DNA from: Phoronis australis
Taxonomy: Eukaryota > Animalia > Phoronida
NCBI GenBank assembly: GCA_002633005.1
Contig: NMRA01000347.1
Span: 412,234-476,233, forward strand
Length of the DNA: 64,000 nucleotides
Direction of reading: 5' to 3'
Shown: positions 12,301-24,259 of the stretch, piece by piece
How the letters are laid out: every line of letters begins with the position of its first letter
How positions within the stretch are numbered: position 1 is the stretch's first letter
Notes under the pieces: model-generated
Database searches by the model: none
The model's input: only the letters and a program-made list of their open reading frames with translations
What the model was told of the DNA's origin: nothing
Program-made: the position numbers and the translations under genes

Positions 12301-15300
12301 AATTAGGCAGCACTGTAATTGTCAAACTTAGACAGAATTGATTAGCTGCCACTGTAACTAGTCTCTTAGTTAGAGTGGGCAAATAGACTATGATCTACTC
12401 TTTACCACATGCACAATTTCGAGCACAAGAACTGTCTAAATATAAAATGAAAATTCTCAAAAATTATTTAATAAAAAGTGTATAAAATTTCTAAACTATT
12501 TAAGACACTGCAGTCCTGCTAAAGATGCCATTGGATCACAAGAGATGTATTATAGTTCCTCACCTTTCGGAGCATCTTTGTTCCATAAAAAAGGACTTTG
12601 TCTCTCTTTCTGAATCTGGGCTTGACATCTCGACCTTGTTGCACATCAGCTGAAGCAACAGCGATATAAAATTGAGGCAGTGAGGTTAGTGAGCTACAAA
12701 AACTTAAAATAATTATTATCCTAAATTGCAGTGATTATACATTCAAAGGCTGAGAACACTTACGGAATTTTGATCATTCATATGTAGGTAAAAAATCCTG
12801 CAACTGTGAAAGTCAATTTCTTTAATAGGGAAACCACTCGTACTCTCAAACCATAACCTAAGCAGACATGACACCTTTGTCAAAATACCCAAGCTCTGCA
12901 GAGCAAGCCAATAGAATTCTTACCACTCAAAAAAGTGTAGGTTACCCGCTCAAAACAAAAACTAAACGAAATGAATGTATTTTTATTCTTGGGAAAGAAG
13001 ACCAAACATAGCAAGCTTTCGATCATACATAGTGAGTCTTCAACCATACATAATAGTGAGCCGTCGAACATAACGGATTGACTGCTCTCAGATTTACTTT
13101 TTTGTCAAAACATTTGAGTGCTCTTTTTACTTGGTGTACATGTATCAAACATGGTGTAGCACCATGTTTGGAATGTTTTGCACCATCTTTGGAAATCTCA
13201 AGCGATGTTTGAACAACTATAAGTCCCCTTTGAAATTTTGAGCCGCGTTTGAAAAGCCAGTTTTTCTGCTTTGAAGCGAATTGGCATTGGATTCCGTAGT
13301 GATGCACTTTTGATCAGTACAAATGATAGCGACATGCTTGGCTAATGAAAATAAAGTGGAAGTATAGTAATGTTGTATCATGAAATAACAGAATGAATGA
13401 AGATTGCTACTAAGTACGCCAGAACGTGACTCGCAATTTTCAAATTGTCCCAAGTTTTTGATCAAGGAAAACCTTGCATTTAACACTAACCTTAAGTTCC
13501 TTTTCTGCTAGAAAGGCCCAACATATACCGTAGATTACTGTCACCAAAGGACATTACGACAATTTGGTTACATTCAACAGCATAATCTGAAGCTGCTCAT
13601 TCAGCAAGCTGAGTAATGTTTTGCCCAGAAATGACCATTCCTGTCAAAACTGCATACATACCAGGTGGCTTTGTTCTCCTCTTCAAAAAGTAGACATAAA
13701 TAAATACTAGCGTTGTTATGACGACCACTGCAACTGCAACAAGTATGTTCTAAAAAAAACAACAGACAAAAGGGTGTGAATACTTTCAAAATCAAACGTG
13801 TTGCAGTGATACACATACCAATCGAAGCAGCCATTTGTCCGACATATTACGCTACGAGGATAGAAAAATTTGGACAGTTTTCTGGCATCCTACATGACCT
13901 TACTGAAGCCTGCCGAGGGAGAGAACACGTTATCACACTGGACACGTGACATTTGACGTTTACCATTCTGCTTTTAGGCAAATTCTAGTCTTGAGTACAC
14001 TGTAATTGATGACAACCCATGACCCGAGAAACTGGGTTCAGGGCTCGACGCTATTAAAATCGCCAGGTCGCATTTTGCGACCTAGCCAAAATCCCAGGTC
14101 GCATTTTCAAAATCCAGCTCGCATTCGTAAATGCCAGGTCGCAAAANATCTAAAAAATCTGTTTTGGCGCGTAAAAATGGCGGGAAAATTTTGCGACCTG
14201 GCATTTACGAATGCGAGCTGGATTTTGAAAATGCGACCTGGGATTTTGGCTAGGTCGCAAAATGCGACCTGGCGATTTTATTAGCGTCGAGCCCTGCTAA
14301 GTCACGATTGTCTGAAGGGACCGCTTGCGCACTAACGGTGCCGCATTGCGATATCAGGGATATTGTCTTGGATATTTGGTACATGTAATAAGGACATCTT
14401 ATGTGAAAAATAAACATTTTTGTTCACCACAAAGTTTGGTAAGTTGATCGCTTAAGAATTAGTAGAAACACCGTCGTTTTGTGAAGTTTTATCACGTGTT
14501 AAGCAGTGGCCCGAAACTTTCTTCGGCGAATCCGGGAATTTACAAAAGTGGCCGAAAGTGCTAGCCAATGAAACGCGTCAAAGATCGATTCTGCATATCC
14601 CATGCTCACGCGACTTGCTTACAAGTCATCAGGAGGGCTGTTCTCGGTTAGTGTTGGAAATTCCAGGTCGCATTTTGCGACTTGATACGAGCTGACAAAA
14701 ATCTCAGCTCGCATTTCCAAATTTCAGGTCGCAAATGCGACCTGCAGCTCGTTATGTCGAGCCCTGGGGTTCCTAGCATTAAGCTGTAAAAATTTGAGTT
14801 TGCAAATGATGCGTCAATTGTCTCATGCCAAAAAAGCATTCAAAATTTTTAAACACTTTTAAGGGTTTAATTCAGATGATAAATCCATCTTTTACGCAGA
14901 GGGTACCTCCTCTATACAATCGATATCTAAAATCTGGGAAATAATCTCATGAAAGAGGCCATCGATAGCATGCAAATAATTGGGCACTTTGCCATTTGCA
15001 AACAAAAGACGGACTCATTCCAATTCACCTCACTACGACATATAGCCTAGGCATTAAGCAACAGAATTTAATGTTTGATATCGTTACCTTAAGCTTTTGC
15101 ATTGAAACGGATGTCATGTAACCCAAAAACAAAGTGCATTTTTTACAAATCAGAAAAATAGCGTTCTTTTGAGATTCACAATCACATTCGAGTTATTTTT
15201 TACTTCCAGCCTTCCAGGCCTTCCAGTTCCAAGTTCAAGTTGGTTTTGCAGGACAACTCTGTGATCAAGTACTTTGCTCCAGGGTTTCAGGAAATGTCTT

Positions 15301-15440
15301 CGAAAACGTAATCAACGCACTAGGCATCGCAACAAACAACTCACCACTGTGAAATTATATCCGGAAAGTTTTTCTGGTAATTTATCCGTTAAATTTAAGT
15401 TATATTCGCTGATTGTCTCAGCGACCTTCTTGGTCGCCAT
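321..15440 (-). CDS. PNPLA6: Neuropathy target esterase / swiss cheese (PNPLA6/7 family), 5' part: N-terminal TM segment plus cNMP-binding domains; gene continues past the left edge
   Basis: GT-AG exons join in frame: 15440-15345, 13749-13662 (TM: [25 protein letters not shown]), 12649-12564 ([19 protein letters not shown]), 11562-11465, 8437-8291, 7847-7688 ([14 protein letters not shown]), 6964-6884, 6338-6210 (GHPAPYKTV), 5327-5247 ([19 protein letters not shown]), 4787-4703, 4354-4266, 3666-3547, 3125-3048, 2664-2593, 1705-1572, 1156-1025 ([13 protein letters not shown]), 500-321 ([14 protein letters not shown]). These are hallmark NTE/SWS motifs. The patatin domain is outside the window. 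It may be the single co-orthologue of PNPLA6 and PNPLA7. Confidence 0.93.
1780..2575 (-). repeat. Degenerate copies of the 72-nt PNPLA6/7 exon 2664-2593 and its acceptor region
   Basis: Segments near 2495-2575, 1990-2030, 1905-1960 and 1780-1855 resemble the exon (ttcaggctgccagtcacaacaaac...atgacagccaatcaa). The copy near 1800 translates [14 protein letters not shown] versus [15 protein letters not shown] in the real exon. Confidence 0.7.
2351..2430. repeat. Tandem repeat, about 20-21 bp x4
   Basis: Unit gtgtaaata(g/t/a)a(c)caagaggtca is repeated four times. Confidence 0.85.
3775..3952 (+). mobile_element. MITE-like interspersed repeat, copy 1
   Basis: Imperfect terminal inverted repeats aattgacctatc...gatagattaatt. 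The core (ccattttacccgacaaacaacacgttgccgggtaaaactta) recurs in inverted orientation at about 18305-18460. Confidence 0.75.
4741..4998. other. Near-identical ~128-bp direct duplication across an N; probable haplotype or contig-overlap artefact
   Basis: 4741-4868 is repeated at 4871-4998 with a few substitutions, and the N at 4869 sits at the junction. Confidence 0.8.
5587..5638. repeat. 16-bp perfect inverted repeat, probable transposon relic
   Basis: tttgagaaccagtttt ... aaaactggttctcaaa; the same motif (gagaaactggttctcaaaa) recurs near 17850. Confidence 0.6.
7250..7690 (-). repeat. Tandem repeat, about 116 bp x4, derived from the 3' end of exon 7847-7688 plus its donor and first intron bases
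   Basis: ctga(c/a)caaac recurs near 7289, 7405, 7522 and 7638. Units contain cacctcca..gtctgcaccacaaa matching exon cacctccactttgcccgtctggaccacaaa, and donor-like aa(c/t)t(t/a)acc. Confidence 0.8.
12038..12170 (+). mobile_element. tRNA-derived SINE relic
   Basis: A-box-like TAGCCCAGTGG and B-box-like GAGTTGGAGTCCC at tRNA-like spacing; no intact cloverleaf. Confidence 0.5.
14039..14766. mobile_element. Palindromic MITE (14039-14296, ~108-bp arms, CAGGGCTCGAC termini) plus a related partial copy (~14649-14766)
   Basis: Near-perfect inverted arms contain internal caggtcgca repeats. The second copy ends in the same gtcgagccctg terminus. An N at 14147 lies inside the palindrome. Confidence 0.85.
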
Positions 15441-15638
15441 TATTTATTCTCCTTCTGTGAAAACTTCCGTACGGCACAGGTCCTGCAGGTCAATAAATTA
15501 ATGACGACTAAACTCACAAAACTTCATTGTTCCAGTCAACGTCCAAAATCTAACTTATGCAGAAATGATAGATGTGAAGTTGTGGACAAGCTTAAAAAAG
15601 TTGCAATTTGGAAAAAATAGTAGGTTATCTTGTAATGG

Positions 15639-15655
15639 TAGCGCAACCTAGCGGT
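15639..15655 (-). promoter_or_regulatory. CTCF-like motif between the SET 3' end and the PNPLA6/7 start
   Basis: Minus strand reads ACCGCTAGGTTGCGCTA, one mismatch from the CCGCTAGGTGGCGCT type core, about 200 bp upstream of the PNPLA6/7 ATG. Confidence 0.4.
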
Positions 15656-16072
15656 AAAATGGAAAACTCGATTCGAAACCAGGCTTGTTGACACGACCAT
15701 GACCGACAAACAAAATCAGACAAGGGTAACCTTATTTTCAAAAATGGCAAAACAACGAAGAGGCTTCTATCTTCACTGTCAACATAATTTATGTCAGCCA
15801 AAAGCTTTTAGTGTTTTTCTTTAGTACCTGTATTACCACTACTACTGCTCTTACAAAAGTGGGAACACTCGAACTATTTCCACCCTTTAGTAAGTTTGAG
15901 GGAGGCAAGGCCCACTTCATGCATAAACCAGGGCCAGTCTGTTTTTAGATACCAGCCTGCTTTAAGGTGTGTTAACCCCCGAGAGATGTTTGGCCTTGGT
16001 GAAGCTATAGCAGTGCGAGACAAACACTTAGGAAGGCCTTTGTTAATAACAACCAGAGTATATTACAAAGAT

Positions 16073-16078
16073 TTTATT
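16073..16078 (-). terminator. Candidate SET polyadenylation signal (AATAAA)
   Basis: Plus-strand tttatt lies about 1.5 kb downstream of the SET stop; other sites are possible. Confidence 0.4.
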
Positions 16079-17614
16079 GTCTCCCACAATTGACGTACAA
16101 AACCTCAAGAATCTGAACTAGCATACGGAAATTCTAACAGTGCGACGCCACAGGACGAGGTTAGTCAACAACTTGCGACAGCATACAGATGAGAAATCTT
16201 GAAGTTAGAACATTCAGGTTCATTCGGAACAGATTTGGCTGTAATTATAACTATCCACATGTTTACAAGAAAAAAAAGATGAAATGAACACCTGAAGGTG
16301 ACGTAGGTAAATACAATTACATATACAATCTACCCAACGACATAAATCTGCCAAAGGAGTAACTGGTTCCAGCATGCAAATTCATTTTGAAACCCTTTTA
16401 CTTGACATTATTTCAAGAAAAACACCGATCATGACGGTTATTTCCTGCCAATACCAATTATCTTGAGGCATGTAAAACATTTGTGCAGTGCTACATTTAA
16501 GATTGCTTCCTGATTACTGTATTACAAAGTGGCAAGTTGACTAGCATGGCCAAACCTGTTTGCAACTATAGGAGCACACATGTGCAAGAGAAAATCGAAC
16601 GATCTCCCAATTTACTATCTGTATCCATGGGAACTTATCAACCAGCTCTACCAATTACAAAGAAGCCCAGAGTAGCTATTCATTTTCAATTTTCAACTAG
16701 ATAAGCGACATGTTTCTGACCCTGGATCCGCAGTCTACTATCCAAAATCGAACACAAAATTATTTTCCGACATTTTCTGCTCTTAATTTAATACGAACTC
16801 AAACCTAGTGTCTATTATTCTGTGCGAGAGTGCATTACGGTTTGCAAAACTGTGTTTCTGGTCCATAACCCCTGGATTCGAGACTAGATTTTGAATTCAG
16901 ACTCCGAACTTACACCTATGATGTTCTGGTCAACAAGCTTGAACAAGAATTAGAAGTTCACACAGGAAAAATCATAATATACGTGAGCACAGAATAATAA
17001 GGCACTTATCTGGAACAAAAAAGAATCAGAAAATAACGACAATTTTGAGTACACAGAAAAGACCCCTAAGCAATGAATGCTGAAAAAAGAAAACATGCAA
17101 TACGACTTGAAGCATTCAGCACTTGTGTAAATGAACAGAAAGCATTGATATAACAAAGAATGAGTTGTACTTTGACAGAATAGTTCATATACACAGAGAT
17201 GGCAGCAAATTGACTCCATTTGGATACCAGTTGATTTTTGGAAATTTTGCAAATAGTGGATAAAACCTTTAGCATGACTGTCACCTTTTTCTATTAAGTG
17301 GATGACCCGCAATCAGGAAACAAAGCCTACAAAAACTATTTAGACCGTTGCAGCAGAAACACCAAGCTTGTAGGAAAATATTACGGTAGCTCTCTAACAA
17401 AAATAAACACACAATATTTATATACAAGTAGTAATGGTGAGAAAAAGAAACAGTACAACAAGATGTTGATGGGCAATTGCGACTTAACGTTCTACAAAGT
17501 GTTGAGACGTCTATAACATATGGCCGACATCCTAGTTCTGCCGGAGACCCGGGCAGACGGCGGACAGAATACGGTTGCAGCTGGTGGAATCCAAGGAAAC
17601 TGTTCCCATGGCAA

Positions 17615-20600
17615 CTAGTCATCGCCTGCCTCGCCCTCCTCACCCTCCACGTCCTGAAAAGAAAACCAGAGGTATTTTAAGTTGTATGTCGTAATCAAAC
17701 ATTCACATAAAAGTTCCATAGCACACAAACCACAATGAATAATTGACAATGTCACTGCTGGAGACAAGTAGGGGTGTACATTTGAAAAATACCAACTGCA
17801 GGACCAAAAATTGAGCCGGAAAATAGCCAGTTACAAGAGTGGCGGATTTTGAGAAACTGGTTCTCAAAACTCAGGGCCCCATTAATGACTATAACCATTA
17901 AATCCAGGTATGCTCCGGTGTCTCAATGCGCCTACCAGCGTGCAAACTGTAATCAAGAAAGTCAGTGCACAACACCGTCGACGTATGACGCTCGCCACAA
18001 CAGAAAATTCTTATAGGCATTCCTAAGTCCATGTCCATCCTGTGGGGAATATGATTGATGAGTCTTGGAATAAATGCATAGAAGTGGTGCCAAGAATCCA
18101 ATATTTCAAACTCTGCATAGCTTTTCAAACATGATGCAAGTGAGCCAAACCAGTGATGAGTCATAACAGGTTGTAGGGGACACTGTATAATGGTCAACAA
18201 GGTCAGGAGTTCATGGTCAAAAATTTCCACCAGATACCCATTTGGGAATGCAATACATAACAAACCAGGGGCCTTTGGAATTCAACCCTACATATTTTGT
18301 TCCTAGTTGACCTATGGCAAGCTCAACCCCCTTGCGTAACGTCGACTAACAAACAGTAAGTTTTACCCGGCAACGTGTTCTTTGTCGGGTAAAATGGCAG
18401 CTTGAAAACGAAGATGTGTCAATAATGCCGTGTTCAAAATCCTGGCGATAGGTCAATTGTACACGCTGGCCATAGCTGCAGAGAATTGTCTTTAGACATG
18501 CCCACTGACCATATCAATATACGGGCCTCCTGCAGTAAACTGTGGTTGTATCTCACATGGACTGGCCGTGTTCCAATAGCTCAATAATCAACAGCTGAAT
18601 TTCAGCATTCAAATTGCCGCACACAACAGTATGCCATTTGCTCACACGAAACCGTTTGAGACAAAATAACATCACCGAGACTTCAACAGAAGTCACATTT
18701 ACTGAGAGCTGGATTCTTATTCTTTAACACCAAAATCCAACATTTTTCACGCCAATGTTGTAACCTTACATTATGGCAATTTTACAACACAATTTATCTA
18801 CTCGACAAAATTTCAAGCGCTAACTTTCTGGCCGATTTTCTGTAACTAACGACTCCCTACAGGTCATTGCTTATCTGGTTGAAGTTGACTACACAACCAC
18901 TTGAGGACCCATTGACGACCGACCACACAAAAACTTGTCCTGTGCTGTATATAGCGACACCAAACAATTCGAAGTTTCAGGCCACGCTCAGCGCATAAAA
19001 TGACCCGTTTGACACGTGAAAGCCTGACCTCAAGCTATAACAAATGTCCACCGCTCTTGGTAAGACCACAAATCAGTCCTAATATGAGTAAGGAGAAACA
19101 CGAGACCGATTCTGATAGTAAGCGTTTGAAAAGATAGGGTTTATAACAACTTTTATGCCCACCCACCTCGTCGTCACCCTCGTCAAAATCTTCCTCTTCT
19201 TCCCCTTCCAATTCTTCTTCTTCATCAAACTCATCATCATCTGTAACGGTAATAGGAAGTGTCAAGACTCCACAGAAGAGTGCAACACAACCAAACAATG
19301 TGAGAATCTCAGATACGCATTTCGTACGTTAGCACCTCACGGTTAAACAGTCTTACCTGCATGCAAGTTAGCGTTCACAATTACACGTGACAAAAATGAA
19401 CGAAATAGAATTCATCGCGTGCTTCGCCGCGATGATTCGCCACCGCTAACTTGATTTGTTCCAATTAAAGTTTGTGCTTTCAGCTTGACCCAAATAGCAC
19501 AGCACAGCCCCTTAAATCAACATAAATTATTCATAGAAAGATGGTCATACCTTCGTCACCTAACTCATCATCATCTTCATCACCAGGATTGGACTGAAAA
19601 ATACGAAATACGAGCTTTTCACGACCTATACACCGACCACGATTCTAACAACTACTTGCAGTGCACAGACTCGACCCGACCATCCCTCCCAAATTCTTGG
19701 CACTGATTGTTAGCTAATACAACAGTGCCCAACTTCCGCTGAGAGACTCTAGTATAGTTCATACAGGAAAATTCACTATGTAAATTAAAACTTACTTTTG
19801 TAACATAACTGAGGGTCAGTTTTACGTTAAACAGCCTTATTTACTAATAACCAGTAGATGTTCTTCATCAACTTTGTGAAAATTGGCATGATGCTCCAAC
19901 TTTACAATTGCTAGAAAACGACTTATGAACACACCACAGTCTAAAACTAATCTAGAGAAATTATCTCAATAACTGGAAGTTACAAGCATATTTTCACAGA
20001 TTTTGCACTTTTGCTCAAGAGACACTTAATTAGTTTTCATAAATAGCTGAGTAGAGCCTCCAACAATATGTCTTCCTAAAGCCTTACGTCATTTTCCACG
20101 AAACAAACCCAGCCTCTAAACTAACACCCTGCACCAAAACTGCGCTCGGTCACGTGATTATACCTACCAGGAAGTACTGCAGGGGGTTTGGCCAGATGTC
20201 GTCCTTGATTACTTCGCCCAGTTCATCAGCACCGGCGTCGCCGTGCTCCGTGAACCAGCTGAAGAATGTCTCCTGATCGTCGAGGGAACGCTTGTCGCCT
20301 GCCTTGGCATTCTGAGCAGCCTTTTTGGTCAGGTCCTGTAAACGAGATGGTGACACGACCAATGTAAATCATCGTCACACAAGTAACAAGCCATAACAAC
20401 ACTGACAACTTTACAGACTGTGTACTAAATATATATCAAAGCCTCACAATCCTTGCCTTCTGAACAATACAAACAAGGCACAGTGTGGGGAATGAAAATG
20501 CACATCATGAGACGTTACCTTGCCTTCCTTCCATTCGATGGCGGTAGATTCCGACCGCGGTTCCCCAGCGTCACTAAGGTGGAATTCTTTTGATATTACA

Positions 20601-23312
20601 CTGTTGGTAAAGTATGGATTCTCACTAAAATGCTGCAAGAAAAAGGAACATGTGGCGGCATAAAATAAAACGACAAAACACAATTGTGGACTTCTACAGA
20701 ATTTTGAAGGATGCCCAACCCAGTGCAGATACTAAAAACGACTTCCCCATCCAGTTCTCTGAAAAAAAGTTATGCTTTGTGACTCTTGCCCACCCTCAGA
20801 TTTTGGAGGAAAAATTGAAGTTTGCTGAACTTGCGAGAGTTGCCTGTGCTTTTAGCGACTCACGAGGCAACTGTGAGAATAGGCCACCCACTAAGGACAA
20901 AAATGTCCATTCTGTCACATAGGGAGTACAGTTTTTAGCCGATTCCTACTTTTAACTTGGAAGATAGACATGAATGTTGCATAAGCAGCTGACAGTGCAG
21001 GGATTGGTGAAAAACATCATTTCAAGAAATTCTCAAATAAAACAAGCCTGATAAAAAGTGTTATGAATTCAGTAAAGTCACCATACATTCATCTCAGCAA
21101 ACACCCGATAAATCACAGGAAGCAAATGGACAAAAGACTAAATGGTCCCAACATTCCCAAGATAGTCAACAGTTTTAGGCCTTCACAAGAATGCCTCCTA
21201 ATACTATGATGAACTAAATAATCTCGGCACCAAAACATATGCACACACAATCAGGTATACCAGTACACAAACGAGTACTTCACACAATGAAGTCAAAAAA
21301 TACAAACAGACAGTATAAAATTTCGTGTTTACCAACAAGAAAAATTTGCTAGTACTCTCAAGTTATTGTGAGCACGCTCGAAAAATGATCTAAACGCTAC
21401 AATCCAGAGGTTACCCCCTTCATTAGTCATTCTTTGCATTATTTCACACCTGCCGTGTCCCACTGTGTACGTCTCCAGCTAATGCTCTGTGGTGGCATTA
21501 GTGCGTCATTTTACATCCTCTTGAGAATGAAACGAGTATGTTTCGAAATATCGCATAGCTTTTAATCATGTTTCTTGATCATTAACTTAATAAATGTTCT
21601 ATTGAGTGTAGAGCTTTACTCCAAAAATATGGACGAAACATAAGAAAGATTGTCAATGACGAAAAGTGTTGTCTGCTTAATCAATACTGCATATTTAACA
21701 ACTACACATTCGCAAGTGCATGTTTGTCCACTCGCACAACTGAGTGTGAGCACAACTGTTTGGGTGGGCGTGCCTAGTATTGAAAAAGCGATAGTGAATA
21801 ACTTGGGAAGAAAAACACAGCTGCCACTCCAACTCACAAACTTGATCTTGTACCCAGACTTGATATCCTCAAACTCCTCCACCTCTACTACTGTCAAGTA
21901 CTGTAGCACCTCTTCGTCCTCCTCGTTCAACAGTGCTGACACCTGTGGGTGATTCACAAACTGGCATCCTCGTTAAGGAACGTCACCATGATCATACATT
22001 GAATAACTGCAGACACCATCACATGACTTGCTAATAACAACAACAACACAACTAATTGCATGCTCACTGACGTCCGAAATGTTGACTTATTCCATAACTT
22101 CACACTGCATTTAAGTCAGTATTTTAATTAATAGATTTCCAAAAACTCAAAAAATTTGGGAAATTTGTCATGTGATTTCCTACATCAGAAGGAGCCAAAA
22201 TGTAAGCAGACTGGTCAACAGTCAACACTCTGTTCTAAGTAGCAGATTAGTCAAAGTACATTTTATTTGACAATAAAATAAGCAGAAAAGGATACAGCAG
22301 TGACCCAGAAATGTTGTATTTTTTCTATTAACGCTGCCCTCTTTGAGTACTGTGGCTGTCGCAATTTGTTGTATTTCTGTTCCACTTTGAGAATTTCCTC
22401 GCTCGCCTGCTCATTTAACTTGTCGATCTCGTTCTGTACGTTGTCTATCTTCTCAATGGCTTCCTGCTGTTTACCTGTAACAAACATCATGCTCTTGGTT
22501 AGAGATAAACAAAACCGTTTGAAACAGCAACATCCTAGGCTGTTCTGTCAAGATGGCTGCGCATTCCAACATGAATGGGTGAAAATTAAAAATCACATCG
22601 AAAAGTGCCAATATCTGCTACAGAACTTTGTAAGCACGACTCAAAGTCTGGTAAAATCCTCCAGACAAAGGCGGAAATGCAGTAGTCGATTTTGATACAA
22701 CAGACTTCCTTCAATAGTTCGTTAGGGGTACAAAGGGAAATATAAGCTAAACCTCAACTGTCTGGAAATGGAATGCTAATTGCGATTAATACACTACACT
22801 GTACTTATATCATTGTGAGCAATTTTCTCCGAGACTGCGAGAGCCTTCTCTAACTCACTCAACTTCAAGTCAACTATGTCAAAAATGGTCTCAAGTGGTT
22901 TTCAATAGGCCAACAATTCCAAAAAGCACATTAAAAATGGAACAGCTTAAACAAGAAATCTCTACAATTTCTACTATTCGAATTTAAGCAATAACTACAA
23001 CATATCAACAAAAAGAACACACTCCGGCGCAAAGGTTAACACACATTTGAACAAGAGAGTACAAGTGGTTGTCATTCGATCAAGACAACAAAGGCCATTT
23101 GCTCTTTCTTTCCCAAACATGTGCTCTTTGTCGCACGCCGGCATTAAGTCACACGTGATTTCAACAAGAACAAAGAACGAAACAACAAACAGGCGAACAG
23201 GTACACTCTGGGAGGTTTATGGATACTCACTAATGAACTCACTTGTATTTTCAGAGTCTCCATCGTGGTTATTTTTGTCTTCTGTCTTCCCAACCTTAGC
23301 CTGAGTCGCCAT
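17615..23312 (-). CDS. SET: Protein SET / TAF-I beta-like (NAP-family histone chaperone, PP2A inhibitor)
   Basis: Exons 23312-23243 ([23 protein letters not shown], like the TAF-I beta N-terminus), 22474-22296 ([39 protein letters not shown]), 21960-21838 ([11 protein letters not shown]), 20632-20519, 20335-20168 ([22 protein letters not shown]), 19593-19551, 19240-19167, 17653-17615 (acidic tail, TAG). All phases are compatible. Confidence 0.97.
18305..18460 (-). mobile_element. MITE-like interspersed repeat, copy 2
   Basis: Reverse-complement match to 3775-3952; ends gttgacctat...gataggtcaatt. Confidence 0.75.
21961..22295 (-). other. U12-type (minor spliceosome) GT-AG intron in SET
   Basis: Donor GTATCCTTTT starts at 22295. 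Branch site TTCCTTAAC (21980-21972) lies about 11 nt before the AG, with no polypyrimidine tract. The flanking exons join as FWVTA|FVNHPQ. Confidence 0.93.
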
Positions 23313-23331
23313 TTTTGAACAAGCGAGGTAT

Positions 23332-23347
23332 GAAAGGACGCATGCGT
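23332..23347 (-). promoter_or_regulatory. Candidate SET core promoter: NRF1-like palindrome followed by a pyrimidine initiator
   Basis: ACGCATGCGT is immediately followed by CCTTTC, about 20-35 nt upstream of the ATG at 23312. Confidence 0.4.
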
Positions 23348-24259
23348 ATTTGGTTAATAACTAGGTCAATATTTCAGGTCACTGGCGTTTGATAACTGTT
23401 TGACGTGCAAGCGACATCTCTTGGTAATTATCAAAACGAAACAATAGCAGACGAAATACTTTTGATGTACGACAGTACAAGAACTTCTACTCTGGAAATG
23501 AATCAAAGAAAGTCGAAATATAGTAAGTAGAACTAAAATGAGCAAACACAAACATGTCAACTTGAACAGCTTCTAAAACTTGCTAAACGAAAAGTATAAA
23601 AAATGTACAGTGATCGAATTAAAAGCCCTGTTCGGAGGATTTTCTTTACTCCTCGTTTAGTCACCTGCTATTGCATCCACTGGCATCAATATTTAAAGAT
23701 AAGAGAATGAATCAACTAAAAACGCATACTCCCTTTGTCGCAGATAGCATATGGCTATTGGAGGATGGTCTTTCACCAGAGTTATCAGAAGAGCAGATCA
23801 CACTTGACCGTTACAGACTATGGAAGCATTTTCCAAATTTCCTCCAAATTTTTGACGATTATCGAAGGTTACATAGCATTATTTTGTTTCAGACGATTGT
23901 TTGGGGTTGTCCATTTCAGTTTCTGGTAGTAGGCCAAAACTGGGTTTGGTATATCCTTTTAACATGAGGGTTTTTTCGAATTCAAAATTAATTAGTTCAT
24001 GTGAGTATTACGGATTCGTTTGATTTTTTCTGTAGTATGTTGCAGATTATGAATTAAACATGAACATCAAAAAATCACTTAAAGGTTTTGATATTCACTG
24101 TCCAATACGTAAGCAACTTGAAATTACTCACAAATAACGAGACAGGCAACACGTGTCCCCTCGGCTGGCTGGCCGACTCCGTTCAACGAATAAGAAGTTT
24201 TCGTTTCGTCAAAATATATATTTTACACTTAAAATTGGGTCACTTATAAATGCACTCAC

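Noticed and set aside
17898-18263. 121-aa ORF in the last SET intron
   Set aside because: It has no ATG start, no recognisable domain and no splice support.
23951-23963. Plus-strand ATATCCTTTT resembling an AT-AC U12 donor
   Set aside because: I found no supported upstream exon or matching branch site and AC acceptor; probably chance.
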